A stretch of DNA of 64,000 nucleotides from Mobula hypostoma (Eukaryota), in the NCBI RefSeq assembly GCF_963921235.1, contig NC_086097.1, forward strand, positions 151,220,001 through 151,284,000. The letters are read 5' to 3'. Numbering within the stretch: position 1 is the stretch's first letter; each line of letters opens with the position of its first letter. The notes under the pieces were generated by a model that was given only the letters and a program-made list of their open reading frames with translations, made no database searches and was not told where the DNA came from. The position numbers were made by a program, and so were the translations under genes. Shown piece by piece: positions 1 through 12,805 of this stretch.

Positions 1-2180
1 ATTCAATCCCTCTAGCAATGAAGGCCAATGTTCCGTTTGCCTTCTTAATAACCTGTTGTACCTGCAAGTCAACTTTTTGTGATTCATGCACAAGCATTCC
101 CAAGTCTCTCTGCACATCAGCATGCTGCAATCTTTCACCATTTAAATTATAATCTGCTCTTCTATTATTCCTTCCAAAGTGGATGATCTCGCATTTACCA
201 ACATTGTATTCCATCTGCCAGACCTTGGCCCACTCACTTAACCTATCAACATCCCTCTGCAGACTCTCCACAACCTCTGTACAATTTGTTTTTCCACTCA
301 GTTTAGTGTCATCAGCAAATTTTGCTACGCTACACTCAGTCCCCTCTTCCAAATCATCAATGTAAATGGTAAACAGCTGTGGGCCCAGTACTGATCCCGG
401 TGGCACCCCACTCACCACAGATTGCCAACCGGAGAAACACCCATTTATACCAACTCTCTGCCTTCTATTGGTTAACCAACCCACTATCAATGCCAATATA
501 CTTCCTCCAACTCCATGCATCCGTATCTTATTTATAAGTCCCTTGTGCAGCACCTTATTGAACACCTTCTGGAAATCCAAGTATACAACATCCACCTGTT
601 CCCCTCTTTCCACTGCACTTATTATATCCTCAAAGAACTCCAATAAGTTTGTCAAATAGGACCTGCCCTTTCTGAATCTCCTTTCTAAATGTTACGCTAT
701 TTCTTCTTTAATGACAGCTTTAAGCTTTTTCCCAACTACAGATGTTAAGCTAACTGGCCTATAGTTGCCTGTCTTTTGCCTACATCCTTTTTTAAAAAGG
801 GGCATGACATTTGCTCTCTTCCAATCCGCCAGGACCTGCCCAGAGTCTAGAGCGTTTTGAGAAATGATTACCAACATATCTACTACAACCTCCGCTAATT
901 CCTTCAGCACCTTGGGATACATCCTATCAGGACCAGGGGACTTATCTACCTTCAGGTCCTGTAGTTTGCTCATCACTATCTCTGTAGTGACAGTGATTTT
1001 ATCAAGGTCCTCAACTCCCATTTTGTCCATAACATCCTTCTCTGGCATATTAGACGTGTCCTCCACCGTGAAGACCGACACAAATAGTCTTTTAATGCCT
1101 CAGTCATTTCCTTATCACCCAATATCAATTTCCTCTATTCGTCTTCCAAGGGACCTACGTTGACTTTAGCCACCCTCTTCCACTTTATATATTTATAAAA
1201 ACTTTTGCTATCTGTTTTTATATTTTGTGCTAATTTACTTTCATACTCTATCTTCCTTTCCTTATTTCTTGTTTAGTTGTTCTCTTTTGCTTTTTAAAGT
1301 TTGCCCAATCCTCCAGTCTCCCACTACTCTTTGCGACTTTGTATGTACACATGAGCTTTTAATTTGATACTACCTTTTATTTCCTTAGTTATCCAAGGCT
1401 GGCTCCCCACACTTACTGTCCTTACTTTTGACTGAAATACACTTTTGTCGAGCATTGTGAAAAATCTCTCTGAAAGTATTCCACTGTTCCTCAACTGTCC
1501 TACCAATCCACATTAGCCAACTCCTCCCTCATCCTGTTGTAGTCGCCCTTGTTCAAGCATAATACACTAGTTTTAGATCTAACTATTTCATCTTCCATCT
1601 GAATGTGAAATTCAGTCATACTATGATCACTCTTTGCAAGAGGATCCCTGACTACAAGATCGTTAATCTTGCCTGTCTCATTGCACAGGACTAGATCTAA
1701 GATAACATTTTCCCTTGTAGGTTCACTAACATGCTGCTCAAGAAAGCCATCACAGATGCATTCTATGAAGTCCTCCTCAAGACTTCCTTGACCAACCTGA
1801 TACACCCAATCTATGTGGAAGTTAAAATCCCCCATGACAACTGCCGTTCTGTTCTTACAAGCCTCAGTTATTTCTTGATAAATGGCCTCTGCCACTGCAA
1901 TATTTTTATTAGGTGGCCTGTAGACAACATCCACCAGTGATTTTTTTCCCTTTACTCTTCTTAATCTTTACCCAGATGGACTCAACATTCGGATCCATCG
2001 ATCTTATATCGTCTCTCACAATCACCCTGATCTCATCCCTAATCAAGAGCACCACCCCACCTCCTCTGCCTTCCTGCCTATCTTTCCGTATTACCTGATA
2101 CCCTTAGATATTTAATACCCAGTCATCTCCACCTTGCAACCAGATTTCTGTAATGGCCACTAAATCATATGCCTTGGTAC
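1..2180 (-). mobile_element. Decayed CR1 LINE ORF2 (APE endonuclease to RT), runs off the window start
   Basis: Minus-strand ORFs carry CR1 motifs: VYRPP, VMGDFN, ILDLVL, SDH (1500-1934); KSPGPD, WKRANVMPLFKKG, NYRPVSLTSVVGK (692-1081). Many stops and frameshifts. Confidence 0.92.
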
Positions 2181-2184
2181 TGAT

Positions 2185-2740
2185 GTCAGTTCATGGACTC
2201 CGCTACTGCCGCGATGAGGCCACAGTCAGGTTGGAGAAGCAACACCTTCTATTCTGTCAGTGTAGCCTCCAACCTGATGGCATGGACATCAATTTCTCGA
2301 ACTTCCAGTATCTCCGCCCACTCTCCTTCATCATTTCCCATTCCTGTTTCCTTCTCTCATCTTATCTCCTTACCTTCCCATCACCTCTCTTTGGTGTTCC
2401 TCCCCTTCCATTTCTTCCATGGTCTTCTACCCTCTCCTAACAGATTTCCCCTTTACCCCTTTTTCACCAGTCAACTTTCCAACTCTTTACTTCATCTCTT
2501 TCCCCTCTTCCGGTTGCATCTATCACCCACCACCTTGTATTTCTTCCTCCCCTCCCCCCACCTTCTTAGACTGATTCTTTCCCCCCCCCCCCACCTTCCT
2601 TTCCAGTCCTGATGAAGGATCTCGGCCAAAAACTTTGGCTGCTTACTCTTTTCCATGGGTGCTGCCAGGGCTGCTGAGTTCCTCCAGCATCTTGTGTGCA
2701 TTGCTTTGGATTTGCAGCATCTGCAGGTTTTCTCATGTGT
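2185..2740 (+). mobile_element. Penelope-like element 3' fragment (end of GIY-YIG ORF, pyrimidine-rich UTR, degenerate hammerhead)
   Basis: SVHGLRYCRDEATVRLEKQHL...QPDGMDINFSNF matches the C-terminus of ORF 8943-9383. CTGATGAAGG...CTCGGCC near 2609, with the GAAA motif lost. Confidence 0.88.
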
Positions 2741-3610
2741 GTAAAATATATATTTGGGATTAAACCATTAGGCTCCTTGTACCTATTTTGCCACTGAGAA
2801 AAATTAAGCTCGATTCTTAAACCTCACCTTCCTGTACCAATCCCTTGATTCCCTTAATTTGCAAAAAACTTTCCAATCTTTAGTAGGTCTATAATTTTCT
2901 GACGAAGAACAGTTAGTATTCAGTTCTCTACCTTCTATCTTAAAAGACACACTTAGTAGATTCTCCATTTAGAGCCTTCAGGTACTGGAAATGGGAGCAA
3001 AGAACCAGTGGAGCTGATGGAAGATCACAGGTTGGACAAATGAACAAATGATGTACAGGATCAATACTCTTCACCTGTATTCTTCATACCTATTCTCTTC
3101 TCTGCACTTGTAAGCTGATCAATCATGGAACTATCACCACCAGGAAGTTACCTGATAGTAAACTTTACTCTCACTCTGGAGCACAGACTTTGTCAGATTT
3201 TTTTGTAGATGTGATAAGGTCCTGCCATTGTGCACTGCTGACTTCAATTAATTTTGCACAGAACTGATTCCCATTTAGTTCACATCAGATAATAACCTTA
3301 CCAGGATTGGGAGGGAAGCTGAAGTGATCAGCTAGACCCCATTCAGTCAAGTGTTACCATAAATGGAGTTCCTTATGGTAATCTAGTTTAGAAATAATTT
3401 TATCTCCTTTCAAGTTAGCAGTACAGGTTGCATTCATCAACATCACCAATCAGGCAAGTTATTACCATTTTGGTCCACAAAATACCAGGGGAAAAAATAA
3501 ACTATTATTCCCAGTGCGGCTCCTGGTCCGTCTTTTGACAAACTATACCTAGAAATCCCACAACACAGTTTCAAAGAAAAACAGAGTTTCTTAAAGTTAT
3601 ACTGTAGCAG

Positions 3611-3867
3611 TGTATGTGTGTGTGTGTGCACCCTTAACTCCTGGTGGAGTCGTCAGGGCGACATCATGACAAGCTTTTTTGGTATGCTCATCATACAGCG
3701 TGTCTTGGGCATCTGAAACCTGGCAGATTTTTTTTTTACGAAATCGAGTTGTTAGCTCAATACTCAACCCAGACACGAATGGAGAGTGTTCAAGGGAGCC
3801 TGCTGGATTCGAACTCAGGACCACTAGCCTCGAAGTCCAGTGCTGATGCCACTACGCCACCAGCCGG
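3611..3867 (-). mobile_element. tRNA-derived SINE with (CA)n tail
   Basis: Minus-strand A-box TGGCGTAGTGG (3849-3859) and B-box GAGTTCGAATC (3806-3816), then a non-tRNA body and a CA microsatellite tail at 3611-3630. Confidence 0.75.
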
Positions 3868-4859
3868 TATAAGTAGATGTCCCCATACCTGGATCTTTTA
3901 AAATATATAGATGATCATTTTGCCTCTTGTGAGAATTGGTTTGAGCAAACCAACGGCTGCTTTTCCCATATCCTTAACATAATGACAATTCAAATAGAGT
4001 TGTTAGCAAAGTGCTTTGGGAGAGCAGGAATTTGCGAAAGGCACATTGGAAATATCAGCTGCTTTCTGCAAACCTGCGGACGTTCAAACTAGGAATTAAA
4101 ATAAATGGAGTATGAAAGCCAAAAAGAGGTGAAACATTAAGCAGCTTTGCATACCTTCGATTACCAACCCTTGAGTTTTACTATGCTCTTCACATTGTTC
4201 CCTAAGCTTGGTATAAATTTATCCCTTGGTGTTATAAGGCCAGAGACGTCCTGCTGTAAAGGAGACCTCCTATCCCATTGAATGCCACATTAATAGCTCT
4301 TACAGTTCGTAGCCTGGAGCTGTTGACCTATTTACATATTTCCAAGAAAATTACCTTTTCTTTTGAGAAATCATTTGCATTGACATAGATGCTAAGAATA
4401 TATGGCAGAATACACAGTCAACTGTAAAGTATTTATATATTTTTAATGACCAGTAATTTATAATATTTTAATTTATAATATTGAGCCAAATAATGATGCC
4501 TGAAGTGCTCTTGATCCACATCAATTAGTAAATCTAGAACAAGTGCCAAGAATTTTTGAGATGATTAATTTGGAATGACCAAATCCAGTTCCACAGTGAT
4601 TAAATTACGCTAAATAAAATAAATATCTAATTAGAAGTGCAGCTATGGGGGATAACAGGCTGGAATCAATTATTAAGATAAAGCCATCTGTATGTGTAAA
4701 TAAAACTCCACCTGGGATTCACTTGCATGGCGGTATCTAGTTCAAGGTTTCAGGTGGCATGATGGATACTTGGAATAAATCAAATGACTGTGAACTGAGG
4801 GATATTCTGGAGCTCCTCTTGCTTAACCCAAGGCATGTATAGAGTTTTGTTCCCCCTTC

Positions 4860-7115
4860 CCACTCTCTGGATTATACCTCTTCTCACACTATCACTTGTG
4901 AAAATACCGTTCCCTTCTCCACTGTCTCCACCACATCTGCTCTCAGGATGAGGCTTTTCATTCCAGAACAACTGGAATCTCCTCCTTCTTCAAAGAAAGG
5001 GCTTCCCTTCCTCCACCATCAATGCTGCCCTCACCCGCATCTCTTCCATTTCTCGCCCACCTGCCCTCACCCCATCCTCCTGCTGCCAAGGGTTCCTCTT
5101 GTCCTCATCTACCACCCCACTAGCCTCCGCATCAGCTCTTAATTCTCCGTAACTTCTGCCATCTCCAACGGGATCTCGCCACCAAGCACATCTTTTCCTT
5201 TCCCCATTTTCTGGTTTCCGCAGGGATCAGTCCTAACGCGACTCTCTTGTCCTTCTGTCCCCCCCGCCCCAGTGATCTCCCTCCTGATACTTATCCTTGC
5301 AAGCAGTGCAAGTGCTACTCCTTGCCATGAGCCCTGTGATTTGCCATAGAGCATTGAACTTCTTGGGTTTTTGAACACCTGTATTTATTAAACAATATTT
5401 TAACTAGAGTTGTTAAACCCTTGTGTTTTCAGTTTAATCTTAGCAAGTTAGTTGTAGCTGGCACACGTTTCCCTCATTCTATGATTATTTAAAGAGGAAC
5501 TTCATGCAGTGCCTTAGTGAAGTCATTGTTTTCAGAGGGAGTGAATTGTTTCATGGTGTCACTCAGACGCTCCTCCGAGGCTCTGTTGGTTTTCTGCTGT
5601 CTAACCTCTTTGTTTCCATCTCTTCCTGGAGACCCTGAGTCCAGTCCTTCATTAGCACATGATGACAGAATGACCCCACTACCGCTATGGACCCAGATGA
5701 GGGTCGGAGCTTCTCCAGTCTATGTCCAAGATTTTCTCCAACGTTCTCTGGGTCAACTAGGTTCATAAGGTCCCCCACGTTATGCTTTTTTCTGAGTTAT
5801 ATGCAATGTTTCTGACTATATGATCTGTTCTGGATTTTTCCAGTGCTGCCTCGAGCCCCAGGTCTGCCTTGTTTTTTCACAGACCTGCCTCGGGACCATC
5901 AGAGCTGTGCCAGATTTTCCAGCGCAGCTTCGAGCCCCAGGTCTGCCTTGTGTTTTTTCAGACTTGCCTCGAGATCTCCCCAGGCTGTCAGGTGCCAGCC
6001 CTAAAGGGGGAGGTACTGTCATGAGCCCTGTGGCTTGCCATAGTGCATTGAGCTTCTAGGGTTTTTGAACACCTGTATTTACTAATCAATATCTTAACTG
6101 AAGTCGTTAAACCCTTGTGTTTTTGGTTTAATATCGGCAAGTTAATTGTGCTAGGCACATGTTTCCTGAATTCTATGCTTACTTAAAGAGGACTCTCATC
6201 CAGTGCCTTAGCAGAGTCATGGTGTCAGAGAGAATGAATTGCCTCGTGGTGTCGTTCAGTCACTTCCCCGAGGCTCTGTTGGTATTCTGATGTCTAACCT
6301 CTTGTTTCCATCTCTTCCTGGGGACCCTGTCGTTCCTCCACACCAGGGTACGGTCCTTCATGAACACCATAATATACCTTCTCCCTCACTACTATTTAGG
6401 GCCTCAAACAGTCCTTCCAGGTGAGATGACGCTTCACTTGCAAGTCTTTTGGTGTCATCTACTGTAGCTGGTGCTCACAGTGTGGCTTCCTGTATGTTGG
6501 TGTATGTTCCTGACATAGATTGGGAGACCACTTCATCGAGCACCTTCACTCTGTCTGCCACAAAGGCAGGATTTCCTGGTGGCCACCCTTTCAATTCTAC
6601 TTCCCATTCCCATTCCGACATGTCAGTCCATGGCCTCCTCGACTGCTGTGATGAGGCCACACTCAGGTTGGAGGAGCAACAGCTATATTCCGTCTGCATA
6701 GCCTCCAACCAGATGGCACGAACATTGATTTCTCAAACTCCTGGTAATTTCCTCCCACTCTTCTCCTTCACCATTCTCTATTCCTTTTTCCCTCCCTCGC
6801 CTTATCTCCTTACCTGCCCATCACATCCCTCTGGTGTTCCTCCCCCTTCCCTTTCTTCCATGGTTTTCTGTCCTCTCCTATCAGATTTCCCCTTCTCTAG
6901 CCCTTTATCTCTTTCACTGATCAACTTCCAGTTCTTTACTTCACTTATCACCTGCCACCTTGTATTTCTTCCTCCCCGACCCCCACCTTCTTCGTCTGAT
7001 TCCTTCCCACTTCCCTTCCAGTCCTGTTGAAGGGTCTTGGCCCGTAACGTCGACTATATTCTTTTTCTCAGATGCTGCCTGGCCTGCTGAGTTTTTCCAG
7101 CATTTTGTGTGTTGC
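4860..7115 (+). mobile_element. Older Penelope-like element 3' half, interrupted by an LTR element at 5323-6374
   Basis: 4860-5322 and 6375-7115 are collinear with about 8530-9745 of the younger PLE (e.g. CATCTGCTCTCAGGATGAGGC; CAAACAGTCCTTCCAGGTGAG). It ends TGTGTGTTGC. Degenerate hammerhead at 7020-7055. Confidence 0.85.
5323..6374 (+). mobile_element. Compact non-autonomous LTR retroelement (two diverged ~350-bp LTRs, ~350-bp internal region)
   Basis: Direct repeats 5323-5667 and 6017-~6374 begin TG(C/T)CATGAGCCCTGTG. The first ends TGACA and is followed by ATGGACCCAG (Gypsy gag-like start). Polypurine tract AAAGGGGGAGG lies just before 6017. Confidence 0.8.
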
Positions 7116-7294
7116 CATAAACAGGGTTTTGCATGGTAGGGAAAAAGACGACAAACTTATGAGCTTTACTTGATTTGTAGGAAGAATAGACTTAATGAAT
7201 GAAATATTATTTTTATCATAAAAATAGAAAATGGTAGAAATACTCATAATATCTTGCTAGGTCTGTGAAAATAGGAACAGAATCTTCTGATGAA

Positions 7295-9774
7295 TGTTCT
7301 CTCCACACCTCAGTGAGTTCTGTGCCCGCCATGACACTGAACTCTTCTTCTGTACGTCTCCGAGCCTACTTCTTTGGCAAGGATTCCCCTTCCCTTACTG
7401 ATGACTCCTTCTCCTGTCTTCAACCCTCCTCCTCCTCCTGGACACCCCACCCGGGCCTTCTACCCACACTCGATCTTTTTATCTCCAACTGTCGCCGAGA
7501 CATCAACCGTCTCAACTGCACCACTCCTCTCTCCTGTTCCAACCTCACTCCCTCTGAACGCACTGCCCTCCACTCTCTCCACACTAATCCCAACCTCACC
7601 ATCAAACCCAATGACAAAGGTGGTGCCGTAGTAGTCTGGCGGATGGACCTCTACCTCACTGAAGCCAAACGACAGCTCTCTGACACCTCCTCTTACTTAC
7701 CCTTGGAACAGGACCCCACCAGAAAATATCAAACCATCGTCTCCCATACCATCACTGCCCTTATCAACCCTGGAGACCTTCCATCCTCAGCTGCTAAACT
7801 CATAATTCCCACACCCCATACCGCTCGGTTTCACCTCCTCCCCAAGATCCACAAGCCTGACTGTCCCGGTAGACCCATAGTTTCTGCCTGCTTCTGTCCT
7901 GTCGAACTTGTATCTGCCTACCTGGACTCCATTTTGTCATCCATAGTTCAGTCCCTCCCCACCTACATCCGGAATTCATCCCATGCTCTCCACCTCTTCA
8001 ATAACTTCCAGTTCCCCAGTCCCAACCACTTCATTTTCACTATGGGTGTCCAATCCCTATACACCTCCATTCCCCATCAAGAAGGCCTCAAAGCCCTCCG
8101 CTACTTTCTGGATAATAGACCTCACTAGATCCCCACCACCACTACCCTCTCTGGTTGGCAGAACTGGTTCTCACACTCAATAACTTCTCTTTTGGCTCTT
8201 CCCACTTTCTTCAGTCTAAGGGTGTAGCTATGGGAACTCACATGGGCCCTAGCTATGCCTGTCTCTTTGTTGGTTATGTGGAACAGTCTGTACTCCAGAC
8301 CTATTCTGGTACTGCTCCCCAACTTTTCCTTCAGTACATTGATGACTACATTGGTGCTGCTTCCTGCGCCCATGCTGAGCTCGTCAATTTCATCGACTTT
8401 ACTTCAAACTTCCACCCAGCCCTCAAGTTCACTTGGTCTATCTCGAACACTTCTCTCCCCTTTCTCGATTTCTCGGTCTCCATCTCTGGAGACAGACTGT
8501 CCACTGGCATCTTCTACAAGCGCACTGACTTTCATAACTACCTCGACTGTACCTCTTCCCACCCCGCCACATGCAAAAATACCATTCCCTATTCCCAGTT
8601 CCTCCATCTCCACCGCATCTGCTCCGAGGATGAGGCTTTCCGTTCCAGGACATCTCAAATGTCCTCTTTCTTTAAGGATCGTGGTTTCCCTTCTGCTGTC
8701 ATCAATGATGCCCTCACCCGTATCTCCTCCATTTCCCGCACTTCGGCCCTCACCCCATCCTCCGTCACCACAACAGGGACAGAGTTCCCCTTGTCCTCAC
8801 CTACCACCCCACCAGCCTCCGGATCCAGCACATTATCCTCCGCAACTTCTGTCACCTTCAACAGGACCCCACAACTAAGCACATCTCTCCACCCCTTTCC
8901 GCTTTCCGCAGGAATCAGTCCCTCCGCGACTCCCTGATCCACATGTCCCTCCCCATGGATCTCCCACCTGGCACTTATCCCTGTAAGCGTAAGTGCTACA
9001 CCTGTCCCTACACCTCCTCTCTTGCCATCATTCAGGGCTCCAAACAGTCCTTCCAAGTGAGGCAACATTTCACTTGTGAGTCTGTTGGGGTCATCTATTG
9101 CATCCGGTGCTCCCGGTGCGGCCTCCTCTACATCGGTGAAACCCGACGCAGATTGGGGGACCGCTTTGTCGAGCACCTCCGCTCCATCCACCACAACAGA
9201 CAGGATCTCCCAGTAGCCACCCACTTCAACTCTGCTTCCCACTCCCATTCAGATATGTCCATACATGGCCTCCTCTACTGCCATGATGAGGCTAAACTCA
9301 GGTTGGAGGAGCAACACCTCATATACCGTCTAGGTAGTCTCCAGCCCCTTGGTATGAACATAGAGTTCTCCAATTTCCGGTAATTCTCTTCTCCTCCCTT
9401 CCCCTATCCCCATGTCACTCTGCCCCCTCCCCTAGCTGCCTATCACCTCCCTCATGGTTCCACCTCCTTCTACTACCCATTGTGTTTTCCCCGATTCCTG
9501 CTTCATCTTTCCTGCCTATCACCTCCCTGCTTCCCCTCTCCCACCCCTGTATCTTTCCCCTTACTGGTTTTTCACCTGGAACCTACCAGCCTTCCCCTTC
9601 CCACCCTCCCCTACCTTCTTTATAGGGCCTCTGCCCCTTCCCTCTTCAGTCCTGACGAAGGGTTCTGGCCTGAAACGTCGACTCATCGTTTCCACGGACG
9701 CTGCCCGACCTGCTGAGGTCCTCCAGCATGTTGTGAGTGTTGCTTTGACCCCAGCATCTGCAGATTATTTTGTG
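7295..9774 (+). mobile_element. 5'-truncated Penelope-like retroelement: RT + GIY-YIG endonuclease, disrupted
   Basis: ORF pieces 7265-8128 (TIKPNDKGGAVVV, LLPKIHKP, GRPIVS, SLYTSIP), 8155-~8760 (GVAMGT, YIDD, LPFLD) and 8943-9383 (VIYCIRCSRCGLLYIGET..RL..R..EH). One in-frame stop and several frameshifts. 11-bp TSD CTTCTGATGAA at 7284-7294 and 9775-9785. Confidence 0.95.
9648..9683 (+). ncRNA. Minimal type I hammerhead ribozyme motif in the PLE 3' UTR
   Basis: AGTC-CTGACGA-AGG(GTTCTGG)CCT-GAAAC-GTC-GACT: conserved core, stem I AGTC/GACT, stem II AGG/CCT, palindromic ACGT stem III, GUC cleavage triplet (cut after 9679). Confidence 0.85.
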
Positions 9775-10059
9775 CTTCTGATGAAGAGTCATTGATATGA
9801 TGCCCTAACTCTGGTTTTCTTCTCTCGGATGCAGCCTGACCCGTTGAGTATTTCCAGCATTTTCTGTTTTTATTTTAGATTTCCAGTACCTGCAGTTTTT
9901 TTTTTGCTTTCATGGCCCATTTCATAGAACGCACTTGTTGCAAACTCAAGTGCATCCTGAATATTTTCTCAGGTTCAGAGGCAAAAATCACTTTCATAAG
10001 TGGTCAAGCATTTTACTTTCCTGGGAATTAACTCAGGGTTCCCCCAAAGCTACATTATA

Positions 10060-10480
10060 ATGGCAAGACTGTAGATCTGGTAGGTGGAATTTAATCCTGA
10101 TGAGTGCAAGGCATTGTATTTTGGGGATTCAAACAATGGTGGGACACATACAGTAAATGGTCAGACCTTAAAGATGATGAACAGAAGGACTTGCGTTACA
10201 AGCCCGAAGTGCTGTGAAGATGGCAACAAGGGTAGGTAAGGTCATGAAATCGGGACATCATATCTCAACTTTATAAAACTTGGTTTGGCTACACTTGGAG
10301 AATTGTGTGCAGGTCTATTTGCCACACTATATGAAAGATGCAGCTGTGCTGGAATAAGCAAGCCATTGAAGCATACAGACCTAGTGCAGGCAAATAAGAT
10401 TAGTGAAGATGGATGGAATCACCAGCATAGACGTAGAGAATTGAAACATCTATTTCTGTGCTATAAAACTCTATAACATT
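10060..10480 (+). mobile_element. Highly decayed CR1 3' fragment
   Basis: GGTGGAATTTAATCCTGATGAGTGCAAG and TTTATAAAACTTGGTTTGGCTACACTTGGAGAATTGTGTGCAG resemble the CR1 RT C-terminus seen at 48253-48759. Confidence 0.65.
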
Positions 10481-11118
10481 ATGACTCAACAACAGTAACA
10501 TTCTGGTGAATTTTAACTTACTTTTGTTCTGCACACTTCGCCTTTTTTTCCTTTACAACTCTTGCACATGGAAATTGTTTCTGCAATCTCTCATCATTCA
10601 GATAATATGCTTTCTATTTTGATTTCTTCTCTGTTAAAATCAACATTTTCACATTATTCCACATATGGTGCATTAGCCAGATCTTTGTCCACTCAATTAG
10701 CCTAGCTATTCCTATTCAAACTGAATGTTGGAAAGTGAAATCTATGTTAGCATAAAAGGTAAAAAAAAAAGGATAGCCTTGGTATCCCTTGAAAGATAAA
10801 TGTAAGTAAGAAGTAAAATAATACTTTTAAAACTAATTTCATTCAAACAATGCCAGCGCACTTGGTCTGGGATTTGGGCAGCAGTGTTTTATATAGCCTG
10901 AAGCCAGTCTTGTCATTTCATGAATGTTGCCTTAATTTATTACCTTTATTCTTTCTTTCCCATTATAAGCAGCAGGCAGTCAACTTCTTTAATTGCATAT
11001 TATTTCTGTTTATGATAGGCTACATTTTTTTTGCGGTTAAGTCTCTGCTGAAACCTGCAGTGACTTCAGACCTGTGTGTGGATAAGCAGAGAGCATGGAA
11101 TTTGCTAGGCACCTTTGG

Positions 11119-11450
11119 GAATAGAACCAGAAAATGCAGAAAACATTCAGGAGATCATGCAGCAACTGTGGGCAGAGAAATGCAGAGAAATACATCCAAA
11201 ATGCTGGAGGAACTCAGCAAATCAGCCAGCATCTATGAAACTGAATAAACAGTCAACAGTTCGAGCTGAGAATCTTCATCAGGATACATTAACAGAGAAA
11301 TACAATAAATATTTCAGGCTGGAGAAGAAATAGAGTTTCAAGTCAAACACCCTCAATCCAAATTTTAACACTTTTTTTCTACAGTTTCGGCCTGACCTCT
11401 TTCATTTTTTGTTTATATTTCAGATTTCCATTATCTTTGGCATTTTTTTT
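11119..11450. mobile_element. Old PLE-derived mini element containing a nested PLE 3'-end fragment (11195-11292)
   Basis: CAAAATGCTGGAGGAACTCAGC...CTTCATCAGGA (reverse PLE end) is flanked by the direct repeat CAGAGAAATACA at 11183-11194 and 11293-11304. Confidence 0.6.
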
Positions 11451-12413
11451 CAAACTTCAATTTTGGGAATGGGGCAGTCATACTTGGCAATATCCAGATG
11501 CAGTCCTGGATTAATCCATTAACCTGATTTTACCTCCCTTTTCCTGTTCACAAGCAAATAGTTTCCTTCCAAAGTCCCTTCAAAAAGAACCAATCCAATA
11601 ATGGGACATCCCTTTTGCATCAATAAAACTCCTTTTTGATCTGAACACAATCATTACTAAATTATTTTGGTCTTTAGATACTGTATAATAAGGAAATGGA
11701 TCAGTCTAGCATGGAGTTATGGTTTTCTGTAGCTCGCGCACTGAACTATGCAACAAATACAGCATATGCAAATTATTTTCTTGCTGAATATGTTAAAAAT
11801 TGAATATTAACATTAAGAATATATTAATATATCAGAGCCATTTTATCGACTATCAGTTATGCAATTGTTTATTATTAGTTAATTGGATTTGAGCATTATA
11901 GAATAAATCTGTAGGGAAGATATTTCATTGTAAAAATAGTCATTGTAGCCCCTAGAGATGAACATAGTCAGGTCCAATTAATTGCCTTTACTTTATCATT
12001 TCAATGATAGCCACTAGGTGCTTTTCTAAAAAGGGAAAATGTTGAGGGACCTGATGAATCATAAAAATACAAAAAATATACACACAAAAGAAACTATTCA
12101 GCTTGGTGTATCCATGTCATTATTATTGCTACTTGAAGTATTTGGTCCATAGATCCCACAGGTCACAGCTCTTGAAGTTCACATTCAAGTACATTTTAAA
12201 TGTGCCCAGAGTTTTAGCCTCTACCATAATTATTTGGCAAGAAGTTGCAGAACTCTACCACCAATTGGCTAAAACTGTTTTTCTTCATCTTCCCCAATCT
12301 TTCTGCCCACTACTTTCAACTTATGTTCTCTCTGTTATTTGTCCAGGCCCCTCAAAACTTTTTGCAACTCAATTAAGTCATCCCTTAATCTCTATTCTCT
12401 TTCTACTGCCCGC

Positions 12414-12805
12414 TTAAGCCACTAGCGATTAGGGCAGCAATGGAAGTCCTCCATCTCTGGCAGTGTTTAGTGCTTTGTGTCAGTTTTCACTACTGTCAGT
12501 CATGCAAGATCTGGCTGAAGACTCGGGAATACTGTCACACTCAGATGTACAAGGATTCTTTACTGCTGTTTCTATAACAATTTTGTTTTACCAGTCGGGG
12601 TTGTTAGCCCTGAGCTGAGCCCCCGAACCTGGAGGACCAGTGGACCGCTTTAGTCTGTTTGGAAGATCTACCCTTTGTCCTGTTTGGCATGGGTAACCCT
12701 ACCAAGTGCTAAAGCATAAAGCCCTGACCCCAGCCAACATAGCTGTCCAGGTCATTGAGGCACACAAGCCTCCATACCATAACATGGTTGTGGTCCTCTT
12801 AGAGG
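12414..12805 (-). mobile_element. Non-autonomous RTE (Expander/Rex3-like) derivative
   Basis: Minus strand reads GGAGGCTTGTGTGCCTCAATGACC..AGCTATGTTG..GGTAGGGTTACCCATGCCAAACAGG, which resembles the Expander/Rex3 5' end as I recall it. It is joined to an RTE-like 3' end with no ORF. Confidence 0.6.

Noticed and set aside
3790..3867. tRNA gene
   Set aside because: A and B boxes are present, but there is no convincing acceptor stem or T-run terminator and it continues into a repeat body with a CA tail. Better explained as a SINE head.
7265..9383. Intact active RT/endonuclease gene, or group II intron/retron-like system
   Set aside because: It is 5'-truncated with an in-frame stop and frameshifts. 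The RT + GIY-YIG arrangement is standard for PLEs.
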